A stretch of DNA of 64,000 bases from Eledone cirrhosa (taxonomy: Eukaryota): NCBI GenBank assembly GCA_964016885.1, contig OZ024741.1, forward strand, positions 345,092,001 to 345,156,000, written 5' to 3'. Every line of letters begins with the position of its first letter. Position 1 is the first letter of the stretch. A program made the translations under genes and the position numbers. The notes below the pieces were generated by a model. That model ran no database searches, had not been told where the DNA came from, and saw nothing but the letters and a program-made list of their open reading frames with translations. Positions 41,374 to 55,576 of the stretch are shown here, in pieces.

Positions 41374-43051
41374 ATGAAGAAATTTTCTATTGAGTATTTT
41401 TTTAGAATAATATTGATATTATTTTCTTTTTTTGGGATAAGAATGTTTATGTATTTAGTGGTTAATAATTGCTGTTATATTATTTCTTGGGAAATTTTTA
41501 GGGTAATAAGATTATTTGTAGAGTTAGATATTTTATTTGATTGAGTGAGATGTAGGTTTAGGAGATTAGTTTGTTTAATTTCAAGTTCGGTTTGTATTTT
41601 TAGATTAAGATATATATATGGTGATATTAATAGAAAACGATTTATAATTGTTTTAATATTGTTTGTATTATCTATAAATTTTTTTATTTTTATTCCTAGA
41701 TTTATTAGATTGGGTTTAGTATCATTTTGCTTAGTAATTTATTATCAAAATAATAAATCATTAAGGGCAGGAATATTAACTGTATTAATAAATCGAGTTG
41801 GAGATTGTTTTATTTTAGGAGGAATTAGAATAATGGTTTTATTGGGACATTGAAATTACTTGTGTATTTGGTATTTTTTTTTTTTTTTTATATTTGTATA
41901 ATTTTTATTGTAATTGCTGGTATAACTAAAAGAGCTCAAATTCCTTTTAGAAGATGATTACCTGCTGCTATAGCGGCACCTACTCCAGTATCTGCGTTAG
42001 TTCATTCTTCTACTTTAGTAACGGCTGGGTTTTTTTTTATTAATTCGATTTTATAATCATTTATTAAATATTAGTGGGTTTTGTGAATTTATTATATTTA
42101 TTTCTATTATAACTACATTTATATCTGGTATTTGTGCTATTTTCGAGTATGATATAACAAAAATTATTGCTTTATCTACATTAAGACAATTGGGAGTAAT
42201 AATAATATCTTTAGGTTTAAAGATACCTATATTGAGATTATTTCATTTGTATACACATGCGATGTTTAAAGCATTATTATTTATATGTGGTGGAAATATT
42301 ATTCATTGTTATATAGGTATACAAGATATTCGTGATATTAAAGGTGTTTGTTATAATTTACCTTTTACTAATTTAATTATAAATATTTCTAATATGGCTT
42401 TATGTGGGTTGCCTTTTTTAGCTGGATTTTATTCTAAAGATTTAATTATTGAGAGATTGTTAAGAAGAAATATAAATATAGTGTTGGGTATATTAGGACT
42501 ATTAGGTGTATGTTTGACAATATTATATTCTATACGTTTATCTATATTTATATTATGGAGAGATGTAGTTAGAATTAATTATGAAGATATAAATGATGAT
42601 GATAATAATATTATTATATCTATATTAATTTTATCTTTAGGAGCTATATTTGGTGGATTATATTATCAAAATATAACTATTTATTTTAATGAAATTATTA
42701 TTTTACCTTTTATATATAAAAGGTTAGTTTTATTGTTATTGTTTTTTTCTATAATTATTTCGTTAAGAATAAATAAAATTTATAAAAAAGTTGAATTAAA
42801 TATAGTTTATTGATTTAATAGAAAAATATGATTTTTATCTTTTTTAAGGGGATATCCTTTTTTATATTTTATAATAAACATTAGTAATATAAATTTAAAA
42901 TCTGTTGATATAGGATGGTTTGAATTGGTAAGTGGTCAAGGGATTTTTTTAATATTAAAAAATTTTATAATTATTATGGAACGATGAATAATAGTTTTTT
43001 TTAATATTTATTTAATAATTGTTTTTTTGTTTATTATATTATTTTATTTAG
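41374..43051 (+). pseudogene. nad5: nad5 (NUMT, frameshifts and internal deletion)
   Basis: [47 protein letters not shown]; the conserved GWDG segment is missing at ~41708. Confidence 0.92.
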
Positions 43052-43111
43052 ATAGCTTAATTTATAGAGCATAACGTTGAAGGTGTTAAGGTGATATTTT
43101 TATCTTTAAAT
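43046..43111 (+). tRNA. trnF: mt tRNA-Phe (NUMT)
   Basis: TAGCTTAA D-arm; TAAC-gttgaaggt-GTTA with GAA anticodon. Confidence 0.78.
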
Positions 43112-43142
43112 AAATAAATATTTATTTATTTATATTTTTTAT

Positions 43143-43844
43143 CTATTGATGGTTATCTGAATATAAAGTAATTAAAAGAGAAAAAATATAACCTTGAATA
43201 ATGGCAATACCAATTTCGAAGATAAAATATCCTGTTTGAATTAATATAGTAATTATGATAATAGATGATGAAAATATAGTAATATTAAGAATAGATGATG
43301 CTAAAAGGTCTCCGATTAAAATTAAAATAATATGGCCTGCCCTAATATTAGCAGCAATTCGGATAGCTAAGGTTACAGGTTGAACTATAATTCTTAAGAA
43401 TTCGATAAGAGGGAGAAAAGGAATTAAAAATGATGGAGTACCAGAAGGTAAAAGGGAGGCTAGAGATGAATATGGATTATTTTTATAAGATGATAGTATT
43501 AATCTTAATCATAAAGGTAGCGATAAAGAAAATGATATAACTAAATGTCTTGTTGTTCTAAATACATAAGGGATTAATCCCAACAGATTAAAGTTAATGA
43601 TTAGTAAAAATAACGATGACACGATTAAGGAGAATCCTCCTATTTTTATTCTAAAAGATCGTGTAATTTGGATATTAATAATTTGATTGGGAATTATAAT
43701 TAATGAGTATCTTTTTGAAGGATGAATTCAGAGAGATGAGTTAATAAAAAAAAGGGATCAAATTGATAAAATTCAAGTTAGGGAATGGAGATATATGGTT
43801 GTTGAGTTATGATCATCAAATGAAGAAAAAATATCTACTATCAT
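43143..43844 (-). pseudogene. atp6: atp6 (NUMT)
   Basis: MMVDIFSSFDDH start; TLAIRIAANISAGH; QGYIF. Confidence 0.88.
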
Positions 43845-43845
43845 T

Positions 43846-44005
43846 ATATTATCAGCTATATTTATTTATTTTTTTTTTTTTTTGAATTGTTATTTGAGGA
43901 ATAAATGTTATGATTATTTCATCATATAATAGATGAGTTTAAAAATATAATTATTCAGAATATAGAAAATAAAAAGATTCAATTTAATGGTGATAATTGA
44001 GGCAT
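43846..44005 (-). pseudogene. atp8: atp8 (NUMT)
   Basis: MPQLSPLNW N-terminus. Confidence 0.85.
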
Positions 44006-44006
44006 G

Positions 44007-44078
44007 AAAAAAGTACTAGGATTAATAGTAAGTAATTTAAATTTGACAAATTTATGTTATTAATTTAACTAACTTTTT
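44007..44078 (-). tRNA. trnD: mt tRNA-Asp (NUMT)
   Basis: GTC anticodon on the minus strand; between cox2 and atp8. Confidence 0.72.
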
Positions 44079-44771
44079 AATTGATTAATTAATTATATTA
44101 TATAGTCAATTATTAAATGTATTTATATTTACAATTTCGAGGGTAATTGGTATAAAAGAATGATTTGCTCCGCAAATTTCTGAGCATTGACCATAAAAGA
44201 TTCCAGGACGACTTGAATATAAATTTACTTGATTAAGTCGTCCTGGAATTGCATCTACTTTTAAACCTAGAGATGGAATAGTTCATGAGTGAATAACATC
44301 TGATGAAGAGATAATTATTCGTGCATTTGTTTTTATAGGTATAATAAGGTGATGATCGGTTTCTAGAAGTCGAAATGTTCCTATATTAAGTTCTTCAGAG
44401 GGTGTTATATATGAATCAAATTCAATGTTTATAAAATCTGAATATTCATATCTTCAATATCATTGGTGTCCTAATACTTTAATTGTTAATAAAGGGTTAA
44501 TTGATTCATCTAATAAATATAATAGTTTTAATGAAGGAAGGGCTAAAAATAGTAAAATGATTCTTGGGATAATTGTTCAAATAGTTTCGATTTTTTGTCT
44601 TTCAGAGATTATTAAACAGGAAAATTTGTTTGTTATTAAGAGGACTGTAATATATATAACTAATGTAAGAATAACGGTGAGAATAAATATAGCGTGATCA
44701 TGGAAAAAAATTAACTGTTCTATTAAAGGAGAGTTTGCATCTTGAAATCCTAATTGTCCTCACTGGGTCAT
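44078..44771 (-). pseudogene. cox2: cox2 (NUMT)
   Basis: [43 protein letters not shown]. Confidence 0.92.
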
Positions 44772-44779
44772 AAATAGTA

Positions 44780-46319
<1,540 letters not shown>

Positions 46320-46321
46320 AT

Positions 46322-47332
46322 TTAAAATATGATGGGAATAAAGATTAATGTAATTGTTATATTAATACATATAATTTTTTTTAGATTTATTTTTATTTTG
46401 TTAATTTTTATTATATAAAATGATTTTATAAATATTCTTATAAGTATATTTAGATAAAAGTATAATCTAATTAATGTGGAGGTAAGTAATAATATTGATA
46501 ATATTAATATGTTTATAGATAATAATATATTCAAAATTATTAGTTTTGATAAGAATCCTATTATTGGTGGTATTCCACTTAAAGATAAGATTAATATAAT
46601 AATAAAGATGTTTTCTTTATTTAAGTTATAATTATGATGACTTAAAGAATATATAAATAGGTTGGATTTTGAATTAAAATATAAAAATAAGGGTATAATA
46701 ATTAGTATATAAATTAGTAAATATAGTATTATTAAAAGATTATTAATTGAACATGAGGCTAATATTCAACCTAGGTGGGAAATAGAAGAATATACTATGA
46801 TTAATTGTAGGTTTGTTTGATTAATTGCTTGTATTCTTCCTATAAATCTTCTTAATAATGAGGAAATAATAATAATAGTGTAATTGAAATTAATAAATGA
46901 TAATATAAATAAAGGTGCTAATTTTTGTCATGATAAAATAAAAAATAATATTATTCATCTTATTTGTTTACATATTCTTGGAAGTCAAAAGTGGAAAGGT
47001 GCACTTCCTAGTTTAATGAGAAGTGATACAATTATAATGGAGGAAAATAGAGAATTATTAAATATAGAGTATATAGATAAAGAGTATAAATATATAAAAA
47101 TTATGGATATTATAAAAATTGATGAGCTAAATCTTTGGATAATAAAATACTTTATAGATCTTTCAATTTCGTAATTTTTTGATTTAATGTTTATTAGAGG
47201 GAGGATACCTATTAAATTTAATTCTAATCCTATTCATATTATAAATCAATGTGATGATGATAATGAAATAATTGTTCCAAATATTATTATAGTAGTAAAT
47301 ATAAAATTAGCAGGGAAAAATTTATTATTCAT
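46322..47332 (-). pseudogene. nad2: nad2 (NUMT)
   Basis: WMGLELN, KYFIIQ, KLGSAPFHFW, YSSISHLGW, LSGMPPMMGF. Confidence 0.88.
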
Positions 47333-47401
47333 AAAGAGTAGTACAATTATGAATTGCTCAAATTAAAGTTAGCAGCTTTAATTTATAACATTATTACTCT
47401 T
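47333..47401 (-). tRNA. trnS1: mt tRNA-Ser(AGN) (NUMT)
   Basis: AAAG-ctgctaa-CTTT arm (GCT); no D-arm. Confidence 0.75.
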
Positions 47402-47750
47402 ATATTCAGTTTAATGATCCTTGATTTCATTCATGAAGGAGACCAATAATTAAAATAATTAAGAAAATTATAGCTGATGATAAAAATACAATTGATGGGG
47501 ATGATATAATATTTATAATTATGGGTATTAATAGGATAATTTCGATATCAAAAATTAGGAAGATAACTGCTAATAAAAAAAATCGTATAGAAAAGGGGGA
47601 GCGAGTATATCAAGATGGATCAAATCCACATTCAAAAGGTGAATTTTTTTCTCGATCTTTAGTAGTTTTAATTATAGTGATATTTCTGATAAAAAATAAT
47701 ATTATATTTAATAAAGATAAGAATATTAAAAATAATAAGGTGGATATCAT
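47400..47750 (-). pseudogene. nad3: nad3 (NUMT)
   Basis: 351-nt frame; REKNSPFECGFDP, FLIFDIEI, HEWNQGSLNW. Confidence 0.9.
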
Positions 47751-47818
47751 AAGTATAGAAGATAATTTTTCTTATTTTTTATAACATCAATATAATCCGT
47801 TCATTCCGGCGCTATACT
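47751..47818 (-). tRNA. trnI: mt tRNA-Ile (NUMT)
   Basis: GCCGGAATGAACGGA D-arm; GAT anticodon. Confidence 0.8.
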
Positions 47819-47887
47819 TTCAACAAAGAAAATATTTTCAGTTTTTTAATTAACAATTAAATGCCTCTATTTTGGCTTTTTGTTGAA
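47819..47887 (-). tRNA. trnN: mt tRNA-Asn (NUMT)
   Basis: GTT anticodon; acceptor TCAACAA/TTGTTGA. Confidence 0.75.
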
Positions 47888-47888
47888 A

Positions 47889-47947
47889 CAAGGGTAATAA
47901 AATACCTAATTATGGGTCGAAACCATATATGAAATTTCATTTCTTGA
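47889..47947 (-). tRNA. trnR: mt tRNA-Arg (NUMT)
   Basis: ATGG-tttcgac-CCAT arm (TCG). Confidence 0.75.
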
Positions 47948-47953
47948 GTAGGG

Positions 47954-48022
47954 TGGTATTAAATAGATATTTTCTATTTCTTTTTAAGTGCAAATTAAAT
48001 TTTCTTTGTAAAATATAATACC
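47954..48022 (-). tRNA. trnA: mt tRNA-Ala (NUMT)
   Basis: TGC anticodon; acceptor GGTATT/AATACC. Confidence 0.72.
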
Positions 48023-48087
48023 ATTAAGGATTATAATAATCATTTTCTAAATTAAAAGTCTAGTGCTTAAATTTTCGGCCACTTAAT
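48022..48087 (-). tRNA. trnK: mt tRNA-Lys (NUMT)
   Basis: TGGCCGAA D-arm; CTAGA-cttttaa-TTTAG arm (TTT). Confidence 0.75.
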
Positions 48088-48868
48088 AATATGATCCTCA
48101 TCAATAAATAAAAGTATATAGAAATAATCAAACAACATCGACGAAATGTCAATATCATGCAGCTGCTTCAAATCCAAAATGGTGGGATGATGAGAAGTGA
48201 TTTATAATAATTCGGATTAAACATATCAATAAAAAGGTTGAACCAATAATAACATGAAGTCCGTGAAATCCTGTAGCTACAAAAAAGGTTGTGCCGTAAA
48301 TACTATCAGAAATTGAGAATGAAGCTTCAATATATTCTATTGCTTGTAGGGCGGTGAAATAAAATCCTAAGGAGATGGTAATAATTATAGCTTGAATGGC
48401 TGGTTTAAGGTTATTTGTTATAAGAGAATGATGTGCTCAAGTTACGGAAACTCCGGATGATAGGAGAATTGCAGTATTAAGAAGAGGAATTTGGAAGGGG
48501 TTAAGAGGATAAATATTAATAGGAGGTCAACATGCTCCGATATCTATATTAGGGGCTAATCTTCTATGGAAATAAGCTCAGAAAAAAGCAAAAAAAAAAC
48601 AGATTTCTGAGATAATAAATAAAACTATTCCTCATCGTATTCCGTTATACACTTTTGAAGTATGAAATCCTTGGAATGTGCTTTCACGGATAATATCTCG
48701 TCATCATTGAATTATTGTTAAAATTATAAGAGAAAATCCAAGTATTAATAGTAAGGTTCCGTAATTATGAAATCATGAAGATAATCCAGTAGTTAAAAAT
48801 AATGCTCTTATAGATCCAGTTAAAGGTCATGGTCTAAATTCAACTAGATGGAATGGATTTCGGGTCAT
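48083..48868 (-). pseudogene. cox3: cox3 (NUMT)
   Basis: [38 protein letters not shown]. Confidence 0.92.
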
Positions 48869-49949
48869 ATATATACATATATATATAAGTATTATTTATT
48901 GTTTTGTTAAAGTATTAAATTGATTTTTATATATTTACAAATTTATATGTGATTTTATGATGTGTATTTGTGAAAAATAGATAAAGTTGTCAAGAAAAAG
49001 AAGACCATAGAGGGAGTTTTTTTATTTAAAAAAACTGATTATTATATATTATATAACTATTGTATATTCTTAGTAAAAATATATTTAAAATAAATGAATA
49101 AAATTCTATTCTTCTATTATCATTAAATCTAAATTAATATTATCTTTAAATTAAATTTTATTTAATTAATTAAATTATATATGATTATTTTAATTTATAT
49201 TATTATCCCTGCTTTTAAATAAATAAATTTTATACGTTATAACTTATATTGGTGTCCCTGCTTTTAAATAAAATTGTTTTAAATAACAGAATTATACTTA
49301 GATATTAATAATTTTATTATTATTTAATTATAATTATTTATTTTATAAATAAACCGTAATTGGAGTATTATAATTAATATAGTTATAATGTATTTTAGTT
49401 ATGATAACTTATAAAAGTACTTTAATTTATTATATAATAATATTTATTTAATAAATTGAATATTGGGGCCTGTGCCTCTGGTATTATAACAAGATCTGCC
49501 TCAGGTTAGTTAGATTAATTGTTTTTTTCTTCAATATATACTAAGTTAATTTAGATATCAAAAAAAAAAAAGAATATACTGGGATTTATAAATTTCGTTC
49601 GTATCGAGTATAGATATATATATAATTAGTTTTTGGTTGTTTTATACTTATATATTATTTAAAAATAATATAGATTTAATTTTCTAGTTAATTTATTTTT
49701 GTTAAATTAAGCTATATAATTGGTCTTTATAAATTAATATATATTGTTTAAAAAAAAAATGTTTTAATATATTGTTTAAAAGTAATGATATTTTTGAAAG
49801 GAAATATTTTAAAGTTATTTTATGGTTATTATTTTTTTGATTATTTAGTATACAAGATTGTGATGTATATATTAATATTAATACTAATTGTAAATGTTTA
49901 TATAATAAATAATATATATATATAAATATATAAATATATATTATTTAAG
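48869..49949. other. Mitochondrial control region (NUMT)
   Basis: ~1.08 kb AT-rich non-coding stretch between cox3 and trnE; repeated TCCCTGCTTTTAAATAAA motif. Confidence 0.8.
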
Positions 49950-50020
49950 GTTCTTATAGTGTAATAGGCACGAAAGATTTTCAATTTTTAGGGATGAATT
50001 TTAATAATTTATTGAGAATA
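49950..50020 (+). tRNA. trnE: mt tRNA-Glu (NUMT)
   Basis: GTTCTTATAGTGTAA start; TTC anticodon. Confidence 0.75.
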
Positions 50021-50021
50021 T

Positions 50022-50090
50022 ATTTTATTAGTATAAATAAGTATAATTATTTTCCAAATAATAGGTTTAGATATAATGTTAAATAAAATA
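50022..50090 (+). tRNA. trnG: mt tRNA-Gly (NUMT)
   Basis: TTATT-ttccaa-ATAA arm (TCC). Confidence 0.75.
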
Positions 50091-50091
50091 A

Positions 50092-50159
50092 TATAATTTG
50101 GTGTATGGGCATGTAAAGTTTTGATCTTTAAGGGAAAGGTTCAAGTCCTTTTTTTGTAA
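50092..50159 (+). tRNA. trnQ: mt tRNA-Gln (NUMT)
   Basis: TAAAG-ttttgat-CTTTA arm (TTG); GGTTCAAGTCC. Confidence 0.78.
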
Positions 50160-50227
50160 AGAGTTTTAAGTTAAAATAAACTGTAAATTTTCAAAATTTA
50201 AAATAAATATTTGTTGTTTAAATTCTG
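50160..50227 (+). tRNA. trnW: mt tRNA-Trp (NUMT)
   Basis: TAAAT-tttcaaa-ATTTA arm (TCA). Confidence 0.75.
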
Positions 50228-50296
50228 TATGAGGTGGTCGAAATAATTTTAGTCGGTAGATTGTAAATCTATTTATAAGTAGTAACTTTCTCATGG
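50228..50296 (+). tRNA. trnY: mt tRNA-Tyr (NUMT)
   Basis: TAGA-ttgtaaa-TCTA arm (GTA). Confidence 0.78.
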
Positions 50297-50358
50297 TTTT
50301 ATAATTTATATTAAAATATTAAATTGCAAATTTAAAAATACATTTTTGTTGAAACTTT
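50296..50358 (+). tRNA. trnC: mt tRNA-Cys (NUMT)
   Basis: TTAAA-ttgcaaa-TTTAA arm (GCA); last mitochondrial gene before nuclear sequence resumes. Confidence 0.75.
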
Positions 50359-50576
50359 ATTGATAGATATACACACAACACACACGCACACATCAATTAC
50401 GGATTTTGTTTGTCGCTATATATGACATGATTTTGTAACTTATTTCTGGCAATATTATTTTCTTTTTAGCGCTACAATGTCAAACAATAATGATCAATCC
50501 TCGATCGTAAAATATGTACGTTGTGCTGTTGCCGCTGCTGTTGCTGGTGCTGGAGTATATGCATTATATTCCAACT

Positions 50577-50765
50577 AGGGCGGTGAATTGGCAGTATCAG
50601 TAGAGGGTTGGACGCCATGCTTTCTAGCATAGTTACGTCCCTTTACGGTTTGAGTTCAAATCCCGTCGAGGTTAACTTTACCTTTCATCCTTACGGGGTC
50701 GATAAAATAAAGTACCAGTAGTGTACTGGGTAATTGCTGGCCTTGTGCCAAAAGTAGAAACAATT
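50577..50765 (+). mobile_element. tRNA-derived SINE (second family)
   Basis: B box GAGTTCAAATCCC followed by CTTTCATCCTTACGGGGTCGATAAAATAAAGTACCAG. Related minus-strand copies at ~7510-7640 and ~56470-56620. Confidence 0.7.
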
Positions 50766-51346
50766 ATATTCCAACTATTCAACAAATGAGTCAAAGCTGT
50801 GTTCTCGTCGCACCGTTACACATGCAACCGAACACATAAACACAACTCAATTGGGATCGGTAACAAACAGAACTATACATACCGATTGCGAAGAACATTT
50901 CTCTAATAAAAAAGAAACAATATCAAAAAAGTCCATTCATAAGGGCAACGAGTAATAACAAGTTCCTTGAATCCCTTTAATGAAAATGAATTTGATTCAG
51001 AAATTCTTCATAAGGTATGAAGTTACATAACTACTCTCGATGAGTCAATATATTAATATCACCATGGTTCATTGCACTCTTCAAAACATTGTAAACATTC
51101 TAAAATATTGTTCAACTAATATATAATAATAAATGCATTGAAAAATGGAAGTGAAAAATAAATCATTTGTCTTTATTTTCTATCTGTTTTTAACATTCTA
51201 TCTTATTTACAAAATTATAGAAATTAGCAAAACGACGCCTTCTAGATAGTTTGTTTTCGACTTGTAATATAATCATCTTTTTTATATAAATAGAATTATG
51301 GTGTCCTATGTCCTCTTTTCAATTGTAATCTATAATGTGTTGAGAG

Positions 51347-51896
51347 TTTAGCAGTTATTGGTTATAGAGTAGTCGCCACTTTAACAGGGTAGATGATTGA
51401 AGGTCGTTAGTTGCCAGTGTGGTAAGTGATAGTATCCTCGTTGGGTTATCTTGTTGACATAGACGTGAGGGAAGGTCCCTCGATCTATTTACCATCTATT
51501 TACAATATTCCTTTCGTCAGGTCGCCAATTCCAGCAGCATGGATTATAGATTTCATTGAGACACGAGTAACATAACAACGATTTCAACAGCAGTAATTAG
51601 AGATGAAATGTTTGTTTATTTATATGGTTGAAGTTACAGATACAAAGAGGTTACAAAAGGGAATGTGCCGTTGCGCCGTTAAGCCGGCGAGGCTAGGGTG
51701 CAAATCTCACCGTTACATTATGCGTGTTGCTGGCTTGAAGTTTCCGGTACAAGAGAGAGATTCTTCAAATCTTCGCGGGGAATTTCTTCCTCAGGGCGCG
51801 TAGGGATACATCCTCTTCTACTGGCGCTGATTGGCTGAACTGAGCCAAATCACGCACAGAGAATGTATGTGAGCCCGCGGAATGTAGGTCACTACA
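51347..51896 (-). mobile_element. Solo LTR
   Basis: Highly similar to 9585-10170; AGAG 4-bp TSD (51343-51346, 51897-51900). Confidence 0.85.
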
Positions 51897-52021
51897 AGAG
51901 AAATGTGGTTGCTATATACAGAATTGGTGGAGCTACTGTGTATATAATTTACTTACTGAGTATATGATAGGGGTGGTGCACGTAGGGATGACAAAGTTTG
52001 GTTATATATATATATATATAT

Positions 52022-52125
52022 ATAAATGGAATAGAATGAAACGAAATTTCATTTCTCACTCTTAGTACGGCATGTAAGTATGTATGTATACGTACATACA
52101 TATATGTATACAGACGTACAGTAGC

Positions 52126-52167
<42 letters not shown>

Positions 52168-52238
52168 GCTACTGTACGTCTGTATACATATATGTATGTA
52201 CGTATACATACATACTTACATTTAAGTAAGTGCCGTAA
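52022..52238. repeat. Fold-back fragment of retrozyme family B centred on (TA)n
   Basis: Matches 53710-53826 and its reverse complement; mirror ORFs in the track (51949-52209 and 52084-52302). Confidence 0.75.
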
Positions 52239-52388
52239 AGTGTGTGTACAGTGTTGTGTGTGCTGTGTGACTAGTGTGTATAGTGTTGTGTCTGCTGGGT
52301 AACTAGTGTGTGTTTATGTGCTTGTTGTTATTGTGCTTGTGTATGTATTTATTTATCTATCTATCTTATTTTATTTTATTTTATTTAT

Positions 52389-53255
52389 TTACTTATTTAT
52401 ACTTCTCTTTGTTTGGGTGTTGTTGTTGTTCCACTCATTCTTTCTGTTTAGCTTTGGTCTTCTAATTTCTATTTCACTGGCCTCTCTGATTTGCCTATCT
52501 GCTGGGTCATTCCTATGTTTAGATATTATTCTAATTTCTATGTTGTCTATGTTACCGTCATGTTGTTGTCTAGCATGTTCGTATAGTACTGACCCGTTTT
52601 TTCGTCCTTTTAGTTCCCCCCAGTGTTGGTCTATCCTTTCACCTATGCTACGAGCTGTCTCACCTATGTATGTTGTTGTCATGTTTCTGCAAGTACCCTC
52701 TGTACATCTTATGCTATAGACTACGTTTCTAGTTTTACAGTTTATCCGGGGGTTCACCTTACATATGATACATTTCCTATTGGTACAGTGGGTTTTCTTA
52801 AAAGGGTAGGTTTTGCTGATCAGGGATTTTATGGTGGTTCCTGGCTTTTCTACCACCTTTATTTTTAAGTGGGTCTTTCTCAGGGCCTTTCTACACTGGT
52901 TAGCTAATTTCCCTCCAGGGGTGGCGTCCACAAACATGACACTCTGATATCTCTGGTTGTCGTACCATGATGTGGCCTTCCCTATCTTACGTCTAGCCCT
53001 ATCTAAGCTATTCCATGATTTGCTCCTGTATAGTGGGCAAATTCCTTTCATGTCCAGTTCTATGAGGGTCTTATACTTTTCCATGGCTCCTTCGTATACT
53101 CTGACTCTGTCACTTTGGTTGTAGCCAGAGAACTGCATGCGGTTGATGAAGTGTTGGATGTGTCTTTTCATTTCTGTTGGGTCGCACATGCTGGACACAT
53201 TCTTCATCACTCGTACCAAATCTGCGATCAGAATATTAAACTTGTTTCGACACAC
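52389..53255 (-). mobile_element. Penelope-like element 3' fragment of a different family (thumb/linker + GIY-YIG)
   Basis: RMQFSGY, PLYR, VMFVDATPGG, C....C..C, VVYSIRC...YIGETARS..ER..QH, H....H, RQIREA..I....LN; 288 codons open. Confidence 0.85.
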
Positions 53256-53295
53256 GATTTCATATAAAAAACCTCGCTAAACTAATTCATCGCCG

Positions 53296-53396
<101 letters not shown>

Positions 53397-53547
53397 CAGG
53401 CACACATATATATATATGCACGTATCAGTTTACCGAACATTTATTATAATGTTCGCTCTGTTCGTTTGTAAACAAACGAACAGCCTGATTTACACCGTAC
53501 AGTGTTTAGGCAACCACGTCACCTTTTTGTTCAACACTGACACAGGA

Positions 53548-53590
53548 ACGATGTACTAGTTTCAAGCTTGTTAGCTATCGTCAGCACCGT
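53548..53590 (-). ncRNA. Minimal type I hammerhead ribozyme (family B)
   Basis: Reverse complement of 54025-54067. Confidence 0.82.
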
Positions 53591-53823
53591 ATACCTTTCT
53601 GCCAGATGGTTGAACGTCCGAAAGTATATACTTTCCTTATGAAAATTAACGGCTGAGCAGCCTAATTTGCATATCGAGTGAGTTCAGTCGGCCAGGCGCA
53701 CCGAAAACGATAAATGGAATAGAATGAAACGAATTTTCATTTCTCACTCTTAGTACGGCACTTACTTAAATGTAAGTATGTATGTATACGTACATACATA
53801 TATGTATACAGACGTACAGTAGC

Positions 53824-53909
<86 letters not shown>

Positions 53910-54024
53910 GCACACATATATATGCACGTATCAGTTTACCGAACATTTATTATAATGTTCAGCCGTTAATTTTCATAAGGAAAGTATATACTTTCGGACG
54001 TTCAACCATCTGGCAGAAAGGTAT

Positions 54025-54067
54025 ACGGTGCTGACGATAGCTAACAAGCTTGAAACTAGTACATCGT
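54025..54067 (+). ncRNA. Minimal type I hammerhead ribozyme (family B)
   Basis: ACGGTG-CTGACGA-T-AGCT(aaca)AGCT-T-GAAA-CTAG-TA-CATCGT. Confidence 0.82.
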
Positions 54068-54216
54068 TCCTGTGTCAGTGTTGAACAAAAAGGTGACGTG
54101 GTTGCCTAAACACTGTACGGCGTAAATCAGGCTGTTCGTTTGTTTACAAACGAACAAAGCGAACATTATAATAAATGTTCGGTAAACTGATACGTGCATA
54201 TATATATGTGTGCCTG

Positions 54217-54275
<59 letters not shown>

Positions 54276-54332
54276 GCTACTGTACGTCTGTATACATATA
54301 TGTATGTACATATACATACATACTTACATATA

Positions 54333-54382
<50 letters not shown>

Positions 54383-55403
54383 TATACAGAGATTCCTCAA
54401 TAATTTATACTAATAGAGATGGAATGGTGTCTGGTTCAGCTGATTGAATTAAAGTGAGGGCTGTAGTGCAATTACCATGGGTAAATTTGCAGATATGAAA
54501 TGCAGTCCAGGATAATAGCTCTAACATCAAAGCCGAAAATAGCTTTCATGAATCATACAGGTATTTAAGCCTAATCATTCTGTTGGTCTCTTAGACACTT
54601 GACAGCCAACGCCCAACTGTATCAGTCACTTGTCATTTAGGTACTGTTGCAGCCGGGACAGTAAATCTGTCGTGCACAAGGCAACATCTGTCCAAACTAA
54701 TGTCCCCACATTCACTCATAAATTTCTAAAATATCACTACAAAATGCTTTTATCAGTGAACACTACATGTAGTAACCTGTCAACGAAACACTTTTTGTTA
54801 TATCAAATATTTTATGTATTCCGGTTGTGTTGTATTTTGCACATACCATAAAAATGAACAAAAATATCAAAATTAGCTCTTTGGTTTCCTTGTTGGTCCT
54901 GGTCATTTTTCAATTACACCAATCAACTTGTGCAACACGTTACAACTTCAACAACAATCACAGCAACCAACTGCATATATGTTAGAATGGCAAGTACCAA
55001 CATTCCATCAAAATGTTCGCTAAAGCATTAACATTTTACATATATATGATATTGGAAATATGCACACTGTACACTAAACATGACGAACAGTAACACAATT
55101 ATAGAAGACTAGAATTTGTTTCCATACCCTGACGTGTGTGTGTGTATATGTGCATGTGCATATGCATACATTTATATGTATGAGTATATAAATATAAACG
55201 TGCAAACACAGACATGCTTACATTGACACAAATACACACATAGACATACACGTCACTGATAACTCTAATTTCTCACCATCCCCTTCCTTCCTTTTACACA
55301 TACATAGATTCACGCAGGCAGCAGACGTAAAGAGAGAGCAGTATGAGGTAGTCAAACTACTCCTCTCTCTTTACGTGTTGTGACAGAATCGCAGGAATGT
55401 ATA

Positions 55404-55576
55404 CAGTGAAATTCCGTTATTATGATATTCACAGGGTAAAAAAAAATTCGTTGTAACGAAAAATTCTTTATACCGAGATCGACCTAACACACCGAAAGTC
55501 TGGCCGGGAATTGAAAATATTTTGTTATACTGAAAAATTCGTTATAATGGTATTCGTTGTAATGGAATTTTACCTG
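55404..55576. mobile_element. Tc1/mariner(pogo)-type MITE
   Basis: Imperfect TIRs CAGTGAAATTCCGTTAT / GTAATGGAATTTTACCTG flanked by TA. Confidence 0.6.
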
